Positions 36,101-44,064 of a stretch of 64,000 nt of DNA are shown one piece after another. Under the pieces are notes generated by a model. It was not told the origin of the DNA. It saw only the letters and a program-made list of their open reading frames with translations, and searched no databases. A program made the translations under genes and the position numbers. The stretch is from contig CBDCER010000003.1 of NCBI GenBank assembly GCA_965215855.1, forward strand, positions 3,574,560-3,638,559, given 5' to 3'. Position 1 is the first letter of the stretch. Every line of letters starts with the position of its first letter. This DNA comes from Aggregatilineales bacterium. GTDB taxonomy: Bacteria; Chloroflexota; Anaerolineae; Aggregatilineales; J027.

Positions 36101-37886
36101 GGCGTGCCAATGCTTGTAAAGCCCCGCCCATCTCATGGTAAGCTTGCAACGTCAGCCTCACGCCTTCGCGATACTCAAAAATTTCGGTCAACGCATATTG
36201 CAAAAACGGTAACACACCAGGCTGTTCGTGTAATTCAACAATTAGCTCGCTAACCAACTCAGGCTCAATGTTTAAACCTACTCGTTGGGCTGGGCCAGTA
36301 ATCGCCAGGCGCATTTCTTCATCGTTGAGTGGCAAAACAACTTCTGTAGTGGTTCTGACTAGTTCACCGAATGCTGGGTACAGTAGGGGGCGATCAAAAA
36401 AATCGGCTCGTAGCGTAATTGCGATGAGGACGCGACTATCATCAGCCTCAACTGCCGAAATCAAACTTTGGAGAAAGCTGGTGCGCTCATCTTCATCTTC
36501 AACCAGTGTAAATGTTTCTTCAAATTGGTCGATAAGTAAGAAGAGCTTTGTTTCCTCTGGCAGGAGGATGTTGACAATGCGAAACAACTCCGATGGGTGA
36601 TCGCGTAATTCATCCCAGATGTTTTCGGGTGGCGAAACAGCCACACTCAGTAAAGCTGTCTCCAATTGTTCAAATGGATGATCGCCAGGGGTTGTTTCTA
36701 CATAAAACCACTGATCGGAGTCTTCTACAGCGCCACTTCGCAAGGCTGGTATTAACCCTGCCTTCACCAAACTAGATTTACCGCTGCCACTGGGACCAAT
36801 AATGGATAAGAACCGGGTAGGGGGTTGTTCATCATCCCCACGTAACCGCTCGACGAGTTTCTCAACCAATACTTTGCGCCCAAAAAAGTCAGCGGCATCG
36901 CCTTGTTCAAATGCTCGCAAGCCTTTATAGGGATTCTCAATCGCGAGTCCCGCTTCCACACGAGTCAGGGTATGTTCATCGAAGTCGCCAACCGGCGGTT
37001 GCTGTTGGCCTTGCGCCATCTCGAACAAAGCATCAAGACCTGGCAACGCTTCAGGAGTGAGCGCATTGCGAAAAGCTGTGGCGAAAGCTACCACATTTGA
37101 GAATCGTTCAGCAGGATCTTTTGCGGTTGCTTTCTGGAGTGCGGCATTGACCGTATCGGGTAGGTCAGGCCGTGTGTCATGCAGGTCTGGTATGGCATCT
37201 GTCAGGTGTTTCAACATAATTGTTGTTGATCGCAGATCGTCGATTTCCGTTAACTTGAAGGGATGCTCGGCAGTTAGCAATTCATAGGTGACAATGCCTA
37301 AACTATAGATGTCAGATTGTGGCACGACAGGATCGCCGCGGACTTGCTCGGGTGATAAATAGGCGGGAGACCCTGTTATTTGACCTGCCGCAGTTTCCTC
37401 AACATTTTCCAGCCCTTTGGCAATGCCAAAATCCGTCAGATAGGCATTTTGGTCTTCATCCAGCAGAATATTGCCCGGTTTGATGTCACGGTGAATAACA
37501 TGACTGCGATGCGCCAGAATCAAAGCACTGCTAATTTGTTCCAAAATTGCGGCTACGACTAAAGCGTGCATGGGGCCACTTCGTAACCGGTCTCGCAGAC
37601 TCCCGCCTCGCAGATAGCGCATGACGAGATAGGCTCCATCGGGTTCGCGCCAGTAGTCGAACAGCGGCACGATGTGGGGATGCTCTAACCGAGCAACCAA
37701 TTGAGCCTCAGCCTCAAAACGGCGAATAAAGTTTGCGCCGTTGGCATAACGGGGTAAGATGACCTTGATAGCAACTTCTCGATCAATCACATGTTGGTGC
37801 GCCAAATAGACTTCCCCGAAACCGCCTGCGCCAATTCTTTCTTTTAATTCGTAGTTTTTGATGTGTCTTCCGGTTAGGTTTTCCAT
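33108..37886 (-). CDS. Ser/Thr protein kinase - STAND (nSTAND-like P-loop NTPase) - TM - WD40 repeat protein, 1592 aa
   Basis: Hanks kinase motifs GAGGFGEV, VAIK, HRDIKPGNILL, DFGIAK and SPAYLSPE. NPYKGLRAFEQGDAADFFGR comes next, with Walker A GPSGSGKSS and Walker B LFLLIDQFEE. One hydrophobic helix (about 35478-35552), an Ala/Gln-rich segment, about 14 WD40 repeats and a PT-rich tail complete the protein. Confidence 0.85.
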   Translation of the reverse strand: MENLTGRHIKNYELKERIGAGGFGEVYLAHQHVIDREVAIKVILPRYANGANFIRRFEAEAQLVARLEHPHIVPLFDYWREPDGAYLVMRYLRGGSLRDRLRSGPMHALVVAAILEQISSALILAHRSHVIHRDIKPGNILLDEDQNAYLTDFGIAKGLENVEETAAGQITGSPAYLSPEQVRGDPVVPQSDIYSLGIVTYELLTAEHPFKLTEIDDLRSTTIMLKHLTDAIPDLHDTRPDLPDTVNAALQKATAKDPAERFSNVVAFATAFRNALTPEALPGLDALFEMAQGQQQPPVGDFDEHTLTRVEAGLAIENPYKGLRAFEQGDAADFFGRKVLVEKLVERLRGDDEQPPTRFLSIIGPSGSGKSSLVKAGLIPALRSGAVEDSDQWFYVETTPGDHPFEQLETALLSVAVSPPENIWDELRDHPSELFRIVNILLPEETKLFLLIDQFEETFTLVEDEDERTSFLQSLISAVEADDSRVLIAITLRADFFDRPLLYPAFGELVRTTTEVVLPLNDEEMRLAITGPAQRVGLNIEPELVSELIVELHEQPGVLPFLQYALTEIFEYREGVRLTLQAYHEMGGALQALARRAEDAYCQLDEAKQTTARQLFLRLITLGERAEDSRRRVLLATLPRSSNTMQHIIDYFSRHRLLTFDYDPSTRQPTVEIAHEALIRSWTRLRNWLDASREGLRTQRQLARASVEWINAERDQSFLASGRRLDQFETWQAHTDLALNENETDYLQASLQKRKQAQAAEAARLAREQALEHRSRRLLQGLVGVFFTAAVVAVILAVLAAVGQQDANRSAKTATVAQGQAAQEMYNAQTQAAAATQAEGQAIEAARAESTSAAIARQNAAEAQSLALAASAQLALENHDRDLAIALALEANSMDNPPPESQRILAVAAQSPGTRLVLPGHDDLVTSVAFSSDNSRAVSASMDGTVIIWNISGGNQIARYNVDPAGVLSVQFSPNGETLLVGSPGGSLRLLQTATGDVIREFEGHQGDVTSVAFSPGGRYALSGSFDGTARLWEIADGTQLRRYEGHQDAVSSVLFSNNGLYAVTGSADGSVRLWDLNTTEQLRRFSGHTNWVLGIAISPNNTMIASASFDGTVRLWDVQTQTEIGRLVGHTDFVYSVAFSPDGRTILSASFDTTLRLWDVRTGVELRRFSGHEDRLDTVAFSPDGRMAISGDFMGSIRVWDVDSGAILRRLSGHEDVVVGVAFAHNDQYVLSASLDGTLRLWDTGTGATLIIYEGHNGAITDVATQLCCQIAVSSSEDDTLIVWDIERGEIIHHLEGHDDVVQTVAMSSDGRQAISGGFDNQVIVWDLLLGREVRRLEGHANWVVSSAISPDGSQSASGDFDNLIIVWDMETGEQLHRLEGHNAPALALAFSPDGSHLLSGSIDNTLRLWNLETGELLQVFDGHSDRVYSVAFSPDGETVLSASQDGRLIIWDIMTGQMLWQFEGHDGAVHRAIFSPDGSRVVSASADSTVIVWQVDHHLDELTAWTYANRYVRDLTCAERELYRVEPICSEAGVYPTRTPYPTAVPTNTPTSTPTVDFTQTTPTPGSAPTMQPTLTPTLPAFDAAFVPSG

Positions 37887-38000
37887 GGGTGCGACGCTCG
37901 AGTAGAACCAAGACGGCGTCTCGTCCTCTTTCCAATTAATGCAAGCTTTTGCTCACATTGTAATCAAGGTCGGGTGTGCCGCCAACTGTCGAATGGAATC

Positions 38001-38025
38001 GGGTGCATTCCAGATTGGGGGCAAA
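38001..38025. repeat. IS left terminal inverted repeat
   Basis: 24/25 match to the reverse complement of 39382-39406. Confidence 0.85.
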
Positions 38026-38064
38026 AAGAGTAAACTGGGAGAAAAGCGAGAAGGGTAAACAACA

Positions 38065-39379
38065 ATGAAGTTGAGCGATGAAGAACTGTTGGCAGGACTG
38101 AAGGCCAGGGCAGAAGCAGAGCTGGAACGACTGATAGCAGAGAAAAAGTCAGCTAAGGAAATCAGCTTGGATGAGATTGAGGCCTTGGCGCATCAGGCTG
38201 GAGATGCCATCAAAGCGGAGATAACGGCAGGGTTGGTGGCACAGGCGAGCGAGGAAGCGAAGCCAGAAGGAGGCGTGAAGTGCAAGGGATGTGGGGTCAA
38301 GATGCGTAACAAGGGCAAGAAACCCAAGTATGTCAAGACGACCAGTGGGGATGTGGTCGTGCAGCGCGGTTACTACTATTGTGAGACATGCCGGATCGGC
38401 GTTTTTCCCCCTGGATCAGCAGTGGCGGCTGGGCAAGAGCCAGTATAGTGCGACACTGGCCTGCCAGTTGGTCTGGTTAGGCGGGTTGCTGCCGTATGGA
38501 CAGGTAGTGCAGGTTATGGAGCGGATCGGGCGGCAGACCATTCCGCAGAGCAATCTGTGGCGCGAGGTACAAGTGCAAGGGGAACGGCTACAGGAGGCAG
38601 TTGTGAAGCAACGTACCAGGGTATCGCCCGAACGGATTATCCTGGAGAGTAGCGACCAAGATCACCAAACACCCCAGGGGATAAGTATGGATGGGGGTAT
38701 GGTTAATATCCGCGGAGAAGGCTGGAAGGAAATGAAAGTGGGCACGGTCTACACCATCGGAACGGCTCAACACGAGGCCCCCCTCACGGGCGAAACGGTT
38801 GACTTGCCAGCTGCCGAAACAACTTATTACACGGCGGTGCTGGGCAATGTGGCGCAGTTCAGTACGGCACTCTGGGCGCTGGCGGTTCAACACCGTATTC
38901 CTCAAGCTGCTCGTACCAGTGTGACTGCCGACGGAGCTGAGTGGATCTGGAACCTGGCGAATGATCTTTTTCCCGATAGTACCCAGATTGTGGATTGGTA
39001 TCACGCCATGCAGCACTTGGCGCAAGCCGCCCATGCGCTTTTCCCTGACGATGACGACCATGCTCGCCGCTGGTTTCGGCGTATGAAAACGCCACTCTTT
39101 CGCGGTGAGATCTTCAAAATTACCACGGTTCTTAATGACCACGGTTTATCCGACCATGCCCGTTATTTTGACCGTCATCAACGGCGTATGCACTACCAGC
39201 AATTCCGTGCTGACGATTGCTTAATCGGATCAGGTACCGTCGAAAGCGCCATTAAGCAATTCAAAGTCCGCTTGACTGGCCCTGGTATGCGCTGGGAACG
39301 TGCCAATGCTGATCGCATGTTAGTCATTCGTTCTGCTATCCTGAGCAATGAATTTGATGCGCTATGGGACGCTGCCTGA
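38065..39379 (+). pseudogene. ISKra4-family-like transposase split by a 1-nt frame change in a T5C5 tract
   Basis: ORF A (38065-38448) ends ...YYCETCRIGVFPP. ORF B (frame +1) continues FFPLDQQWRLGKSQYS... through a DDE-like body to 39379. Removing one T from T5 (38402-38406) gives a continuous CRIGVFPLDQQWRLGK reading. Confidence 0.7.
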
Positions 39380-39381
39380 TG

Positions 39382-39406
39382 TTTGCCCCTAATCTGGAAT
39401 GCACCC
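39382..39406. repeat. IS right terminal inverted repeat
   Basis: 24/25 match to the reverse complement of 38001-38025. Confidence 0.85.
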
Positions 39407-39439
39407 ATGGAATCGATTGAGGTTATTTGCAAAGAAGAC

Positions 39440-39462
39440 CCCCTCCTGCACTGCAAGAGGGG
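39440..39462 (-). terminator. Candidate rho-independent terminator of the TSP3/propeller gene
   Basis: CCCCTC (39440-39445) pairs with GAGGGG (39457-39462), with an inner TGC/GCA extension. On the minus strand the stem is followed by GTCTTCTTTGC. It lies 14 nt after the stop and just before the IS insertion point. Confidence 0.45.
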
Positions 39463-39475
39463 AGTTTAAGCTGAT

Positions 39476-41401
39476 TTATTGGGCAATGCCCCAGAACTGC
39501 ACAGTAGGACTGCTGCTGAAAATCAATAGTGTGCCGTCGGGGCTGAAGGTTGCACTGAAGGGTGGACTGGGTAAATTATCGAATGAGGTCAAGGTTACAC
39601 CAGTTGCAGCATCCAATACTGCCACTTGGTTATTAAGGCCTTCGGGAGCAGGGCCGTCTACAAAGGGACCACCACCGGCTGTTAACAATGATCCATCGGG
39701 GCTGAATGCTAATGCCAGCACCGCATCCCAGCGGGTACTTTGAAGTACCAGTGCGTTGTAAATTTCTGCGCCGCTGGCAGCATCGTACATGGTTATCGAG
39801 CCGCTCCAGTCACCAATCGCAAGACGTGATCCATCTGGACTATAAGTCAATGAATTGCCAGCAAACATCGGCGCAACAGGCAACTCAACAGCAGGAGACA
39901 GCGTTGCAACATTCCATATTATAGTCCCGGCATTGGTACCAACTGCCAGAAAAGCGCCGTCGGGGCTGAAGACCATTTGCGTGACGGCTTCAGTCAAGGG
40001 GACGACACCCACTTCCTGACCACTGGTGATATCCCACAGGCGAATACTGTAGGTATCAGCAGGTGGGCCGCCATACAATTCAAAGGCATCGGCTGTGGCA
40101 AACAAGACACCATCCGAGCGGACGGCAGTCAGAATGGTATAAGAATGTTGGGGCGTTTCCAGATATTGCAATGAGTTCTGGCTGGCGACATCCCACACAA
40201 CGACGGCTGAAACATCTGTTTCCCATAAATATTGGGTGTCGAGCAACACTGTTCCGCCGGAACTCAAAGCAATGTTCCCTCCCATAGTCTCTAACCCGCC
40301 AACCGGTGAAAGTGCAGGATTATTGAGATCGTAAATTGCCATGGGGAATGTCCCATAACCTTGAACGACTAGAGTCCCGTCTGTGGCGACAGCCACTTCA
40401 TTTACGTCAGTGACGAGCTGGCCGAATTGTGTGGCATCGACAATATTCGATGTAGAGAGAACAACGCGATTGGCAGGTAAGGTCAGGTCGCTAATTTGCA
40501 TACACCCTCGGAAGGCGGGGTCACCAGCTTGATCTGGACAGGCATCGTCCAAATCAGCAATCGTATCACCATCACTGTCAGGGCAATCACTGTTGGAACC
40601 AGGTTCCGTTGGGCAGCGGTCATATAAATCTATGACACCGTCTTCATCACCATCGGGGGCAGCCGATCCCTCTGGACACCCATTGTTGCGACCATCACCC
40701 GGTTGATCCGGGCAAGCATCGTCCACATCGCGCAGTAAATCGCCATCGGTGTCAATAATGCAGCCATTATTAGCCGGATCGCCAAATTGCAAGGGGCACT
40801 GGTCAACGCCATCTGGCACTGTATCGCTATCCAGGTCAGGTTCTACTCCGGGAGGGCAGCCATTGTTAGCTGGATCACCAGCACGGTCAAAGCAAGAATC
40901 GCGGAAATCGGGCACATTATCGCCGTCATAATCATCTACATAGTCGTCTGGACACCCGAAATTTGCCGGACTTCCCGCTTCATACGCGCAATAATCTTCG
41001 TTATCCAACAATCCATCACGGTCCCAATCGGTTTGTACACCCAGCGGACACCCGCTGTTTTGCGATAATCCGGCTTCGTTGACACACTGATCATAAAAGT
41101 CATCAATGCCATCGCCATCACTATCCGGGCAACCGAGATTGTAGTCGTTACCCACGACATCTGGGCAATTATCACGAACATCGGGCACTGAATCACCGTC
41201 ACTATCCGGTGGCGCTATTCCGTCGGGGCAACCATCATTTTCATACGAGCCAGCTTGTGATGGGCAACCGTCAAATTCATCAGGAATGCCGTCGCTGTCA
41301 GCATCGGGGAAATCGCTGCCACCATCTTGACCGTAAATGACCGTTAATGGCACTAGCAGGGTCACAATCATTAGAAAATAAACTATACGCTTTGGTGTCA
41401 C
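39476..41401 (-). CDS. Secreted protein: about 10 thrombospondin type-3-like Ca-binding repeats + WD40-like beta-propeller
   Basis: Signal peptide. The repeating unit D-x-D-x-D-G-(I/V)-x-D-x-x-D-x-C-P-x-x-x-G-x-x-x-N-x-G-C-P occurs about 10 times. The C-terminal half has FSPDG...-type blades. GTG start has AAGGAG 8 nt upstream. Confidence 0.7.
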   Translation of the reverse strand: MTPKRIVYFLMIVTLLVPLTVIYGQDGGSDFPDADSDGIPDEFDGCPSQAGSYENDGCPDGIAPPDSDGDSVPDVRDNCPDVVGNDYNLGCPDSDGDGIDDFYDQCVNEAGLSQNSGCPLGVQTDWDRDGLLDNEDYCAYEAGSPANFGCPDDYVDDYDGDNVPDFRDSCFDRAGDPANNGCPPGVEPDLDSDTVPDGVDQCPLQFGDPANNGCIIDTDGDLLRDVDDACPDQPGDGRNNGCPEGSAAPDGDEDGVIDLYDRCPTEPGSNSDCPDSDGDTIADLDDACPDQAGDPAFRGCMQISDLTLPANRVVLSTSNIVDATQFGQLVTDVNEVAVATDGTLVVQGYGTFPMAIYDLNNPALSPVGGLETMGGNIALSSGGTVLLDTQYLWETDVSAVVVWDVASQNSLQYLETPQHSYTILTAVRSDGVLFATADAFELYGGPPADTYSIRLWDITSGQEVGVVPLTEAVTQMVFSPDGAFLAVGTNAGTIIWNVATLSPAVELPVAPMFAGNSLTYSPDGSRLAIGDWSGSITMYDAASGAEIYNALVLQSTRWDAVLALAFSPDGSLLTAGGGPFVDGPAPEGLNNQVAVLDAATGVTLTSFDNLPSPPFSATFSPDGTLLIFSSSPTVQFWGIAQ

Positions 41402-41480
41402 ACCATCATCTCCTTAACAAAATAGACGGCACAATGTCCCCCTGACGCAACACTGGCAGGGATAGGCAGCCTATGTTGTT

Positions 41481-42227
41481 CTATTCTTCAACTGCTGCTT
41501 CAACGATTAAAGTATACAACGCCATATCACTGCCAGAATCCGAATAGTTGTAGTAATCTTGCTCTACTGAGAAGATGTAAATGGTATCGGCGTCAAATGC
41601 CATTGTTAGTTGACCGCCCGTCAGTTCTCGACCACTCAGGTTGGCAATTTCTTCTTCATAGCTATATCCCGGTGTAAATGTGGATACCTTCAAGCCAGGA
41701 TAGTAATTGCCGCGAATGTGCCGATAGGTGATGGTGTAGATCCCCGATGTTTCAGGCACGAAGACATGAGCAGCCGGAACCTCATCATAGCGCGTTTGTC
41801 CCTCAACCGTTATACCGGGCATAACTGCTGGCATCTCTTGTAATGTAAGGCTGAACGGGCCACCACCGGAACCTGCACGCCCACTGAGACGCGTTGCTAC
41901 GATTTGATATGTGTCGGTCGCTGGTAAACGAGCGATAATCCGCGAATCCAGCGAATAGTTGTCATCGTTCTGTGCGATAATTTCGTTGTCTAAAGTGGTC
42001 AGATAAAGATAGGGATCGAACAGGGACTGTTCTGAGACCAGATCAATCTGAACAATATCGCCTTCTTCTCCATCAAATGTGTAAAGTTCCTCGAACTGGC
42101 GATTAGAAACCTCACCCATCACGGTGTCGCCATAGCTGATCTTATTCGCATCACCATCCTGGGCTGATGTGATCGCCATTGGCATCATCAACAATAGGCC
42201 AATACACACCAATGCCAAACGTTTCAT
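41481..42227 (-). CDS. Secreted protein with two pre-peptidase C-terminal (PPC)-like domains
   Basis: Signal peptide MKRLALVCIGLLLMMPMAITSAQD. ISYGDTVMGEV....ELYTFDGEEGDIVQIDLVS...DPYLYL........AQNDD is a PPC-type pattern, and a second degenerate copy follows. GAGGAG lies 7 nt before ATG 42227. Confidence 0.55.
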   Translation of the reverse strand: MKRLALVCIGLLLMMPMAITSAQDGDANKISYGDTVMGEVSNRQFEELYTFDGEEGDIVQIDLVSEQSLFDPYLYLTTLDNEIIAQNDDNYSLDSRIIARLPATDTYQIVATRLSGRAGSGGGPFSLTLQEMPAVMPGITVEGQTRYDEVPAAHVFVPETSGIYTITYRHIRGNYYPGLKVSTFTPGYSYEEEIANLSGRELTGGQLTMAFDADTIYIFSVEQDYYNYSDSGSDMALYTLIVEAAVEE

Positions 42228-42350
42228 GTCCAATCTCCTCGCTTTCATTGCCAAGATAACTCAAGCATACATCAAAAGCGAGAAACTGCACGCTGTACGC
42301 CCATTTTTTCTTATGTTATATATTGTTGCAATTGATAACCGAGCATTGAT

Positions 42351-43910
42351 CTAATTTTGCTCAATTGGCTCCAAGTAGTAGAATTGCGCGTCGCCTTCCA
42401 CCGCCCACCCTTCTAAATTGTCCGTTACCCGAACAGCCCACCATAGCAAAGCGTCAGCACATACCGGCCCATCAACAATAGCGACCACAGTGTCCGCTGG
42501 CATATTTGCCACGACCTCACCTGCAAGTCCTGGCGCAGTTCGCAAATTGACCCCAAAAGCACTACTGACGCGTGCTGATTGATTAACGCGCAGGCGAGGC
42601 AGTAATGCGCCAAGGCATTCAACGGATAACGGATCCAGGGTTGGGGTATTGGAGGGTAACGGGGTCAAGGTCGCTGTGGCCGAAGCACTTGGTGTCAGAG
42701 ATGGCGTTGGTGTATTTGAGGGGGATGTTGTTTTAGTAGCGGTGACGGTATATGTTGATGTGGTGGTTGGAGTTGATGAAAACGCTGGTGTTGGTGTATT
42801 AGTAGGGGTAGGCGTATGAGTTGCGCTTGATGTTGGGGTAGGTGTGTCAGATGGCGTTGGAGAAGGTGTGACCGTTGGGGTTGGAATAGGAATGATCGCG
42901 GCGTCGGTTTGGCTATCTTCACCTAAGCTGATCTGAAATCCCTCCTCCAATTCAATTATTTGTCCATTCCACGCTACCATTAACGAGCCGGTAACGGCGC
43001 TGAAGGTGGCTGAATTTTCATCATCAGCGATTTCGACACCATAGACAGCGCCATGCGCTATGCCCTCGCCAAAGCGCGTGCGTACATGATAATAACTCTC
43101 ATCATCCACTTCTCGATTGATATGATTGGTTATCTGTCCACGCTGCAAATAAAGATCTATTTGCATATCGCCGGCTTCTGTTAGTGCCAGGCGATTCAGG
43201 TAGATTTCTGAATCGCCCCCTAGCCGGGCTTGATCTCCACTAAACATTTCTAATTGGGCTTCAGCCTGTGTGCTGGTGCGAATTGAGTATTCCTGGGTGA
43301 CTGTAGTTGGCTCGATCATTACGATCCAAGTTTCGCCCTGAGGCTTATAATCGACACGCGGTGCTATCGCCGAAACTTGTACATTGCCGGGTGTTACGTT
43401 TTCGGCCTCCGAAGTGATATTGTCATCACGCAAATAGTGATTATACGCCCAAAACACACCAATAATTGCAAGCAGAATTATCACCAAGATTTGCAAAGGT
43501 CGTCGCCAGTTTCGGTGTATATCCAATTCAGGAATGGGAAAGAGAATTGAATCTTGGAGTGTATTTAGCCCCGCACGAGTGATACCAGCACTCATGTCGA
43601 TGGGGTTTTGCCGACCAACGACGGGGAAGAGCTTATCTATAGATTTGACAATGACTGCAATCCCACGCTTTTTAAGGCGCATGGCCTCGTCATGTTGTCT
43701 TTGCCACATAGGATCGGTAAGTGCCTGGAGGCTAACCAGATAGACAAATATACTACATTTATCAATAGCTTCAGCGGTTGTCGTCCATTGGGCTTTCGGG
43801 TTGCTGCCTTTCAGTTCGATGTCCTGGATATGGTCTCTCAGATGCGCTGCCAACTTCAAAGCAGCAGCACGATCATCGCTGACAAAACAGAGATAAATGT
43901 GATACATCAA
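42351..43910 (-). CDS. TIR-like domain - TM - FecR-like domain - PT linker - SH3b domain protein, 519 aa
   Basis: N-terminus HIYLCFVSDDRAAALKLAAHL...AEAIDKCSIFVYLVSLQALTDPMWQRQHDEA...GIAVIV follows the TIR pattern (hydrophobic strand-S-x-x-D, ...hhhh-S..s..S.W...E, ...hhPV). The TM helix is LQILVIILLAIIGVFWAY (about 43444-43497). A FecR-like beta region follows (GDSEIYLN...LYLQRGQI...VRTRFGEGIAHGAVYGVEI). The SH3_3-like end is VNLRTAPGLAGEVVANMPADTVVAIVDGP...WWAVRV.DNLEGWAVE. Confidence 0.55.
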   Translation of the reverse strand: MMYHIYLCFVSDDRAAALKLAAHLRDHIQDIELKGSNPKAQWTTTAEAIDKCSIFVYLVSLQALTDPMWQRQHDEAMRLKKRGIAVIVKSIDKLFPVVGRQNPIDMSAGITRAGLNTLQDSILFPIPELDIHRNWRRPLQILVIILLAIIGVFWAYNHYLRDDNITSEAENVTPGNVQVSAIAPRVDYKPQGETWIVMIEPTTVTQEYSIRTSTQAEAQLEMFSGDQARLGGDSEIYLNRLALTEAGDMQIDLYLQRGQITNHINREVDDESYYHVRTRFGEGIAHGAVYGVEIADDENSATFSAVTGSLMVAWNGQIIELEEGFQISLGEDSQTDAAIIPIPTPTVTPSPTPSDTPTPTSSATHTPTPTNTPTPAFSSTPTTTSTYTVTATKTTSPSNTPTPSLTPSASATATLTPLPSNTPTLDPLSVECLGALLPRLRVNQSARVSSAFGVNLRTAPGLAGEVVANMPADTVVAIVDGPVCADALLWWAVRVTDNLEGWAVEGDAQFYYLEPIEQN

Positions 43911-44064
43911 ACACGGGTCCCCGATTGCATATCATTTTAGAAGTTGTCATTGTACCCTACGCTGTTGAGCGGGGCTATGCAGTTGTAGAGTCAGTTCGCT
44001 ATACTACTGGTTACCTGGAATATGAAACAGTTGGTATTGGTCAAGGAAATTGGAGTAGTTGTGG

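Larger units (their letters stand above)
38001..39406 (+). mobile_element. ISKra4-like insertion sequence (1406 bp) with 25-bp terminal inverted repeats and 8-bp target-site duplication
   Basis: IR-L is GGGTGCATTCCAGATTGGGGGCAAA. The reverse complement of IR-R is GGGTGCATTCCAGATTAGGGGCAAA (24/25 match). ATGGAATC occurs immediately outside both ends (37993-38000 and 39407-39414). An internal transposase gene is present. Confidence 0.8.

Noticed and set aside
38391-38448. Programmed ribosomal frameshift in the IS transposase
   Set aside because: The required shift is +1 (or a 1-nt deletion) at T5C5, not the -1 A-rich slippery heptamer plus structure seen in IS1/IS3. As far as I know, this IS family normally encodes one ORF. 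Two other homopolymer frame breaks in the window make a mutation or sequencing error more likely.
39476-41401. Periodic roughly 90-nt repeats that might suggest a CRISPR-like or satellite array
   Set aside because: The periodicity is in frame and encodes the Asp/Cys/Pro thrombospondin type-3-like unit. The repeats are degenerate at the DNA level, and there is no repeat-spacer structure. The same applies to the WD40 arrays at 33400-35200 and 52700-54450.
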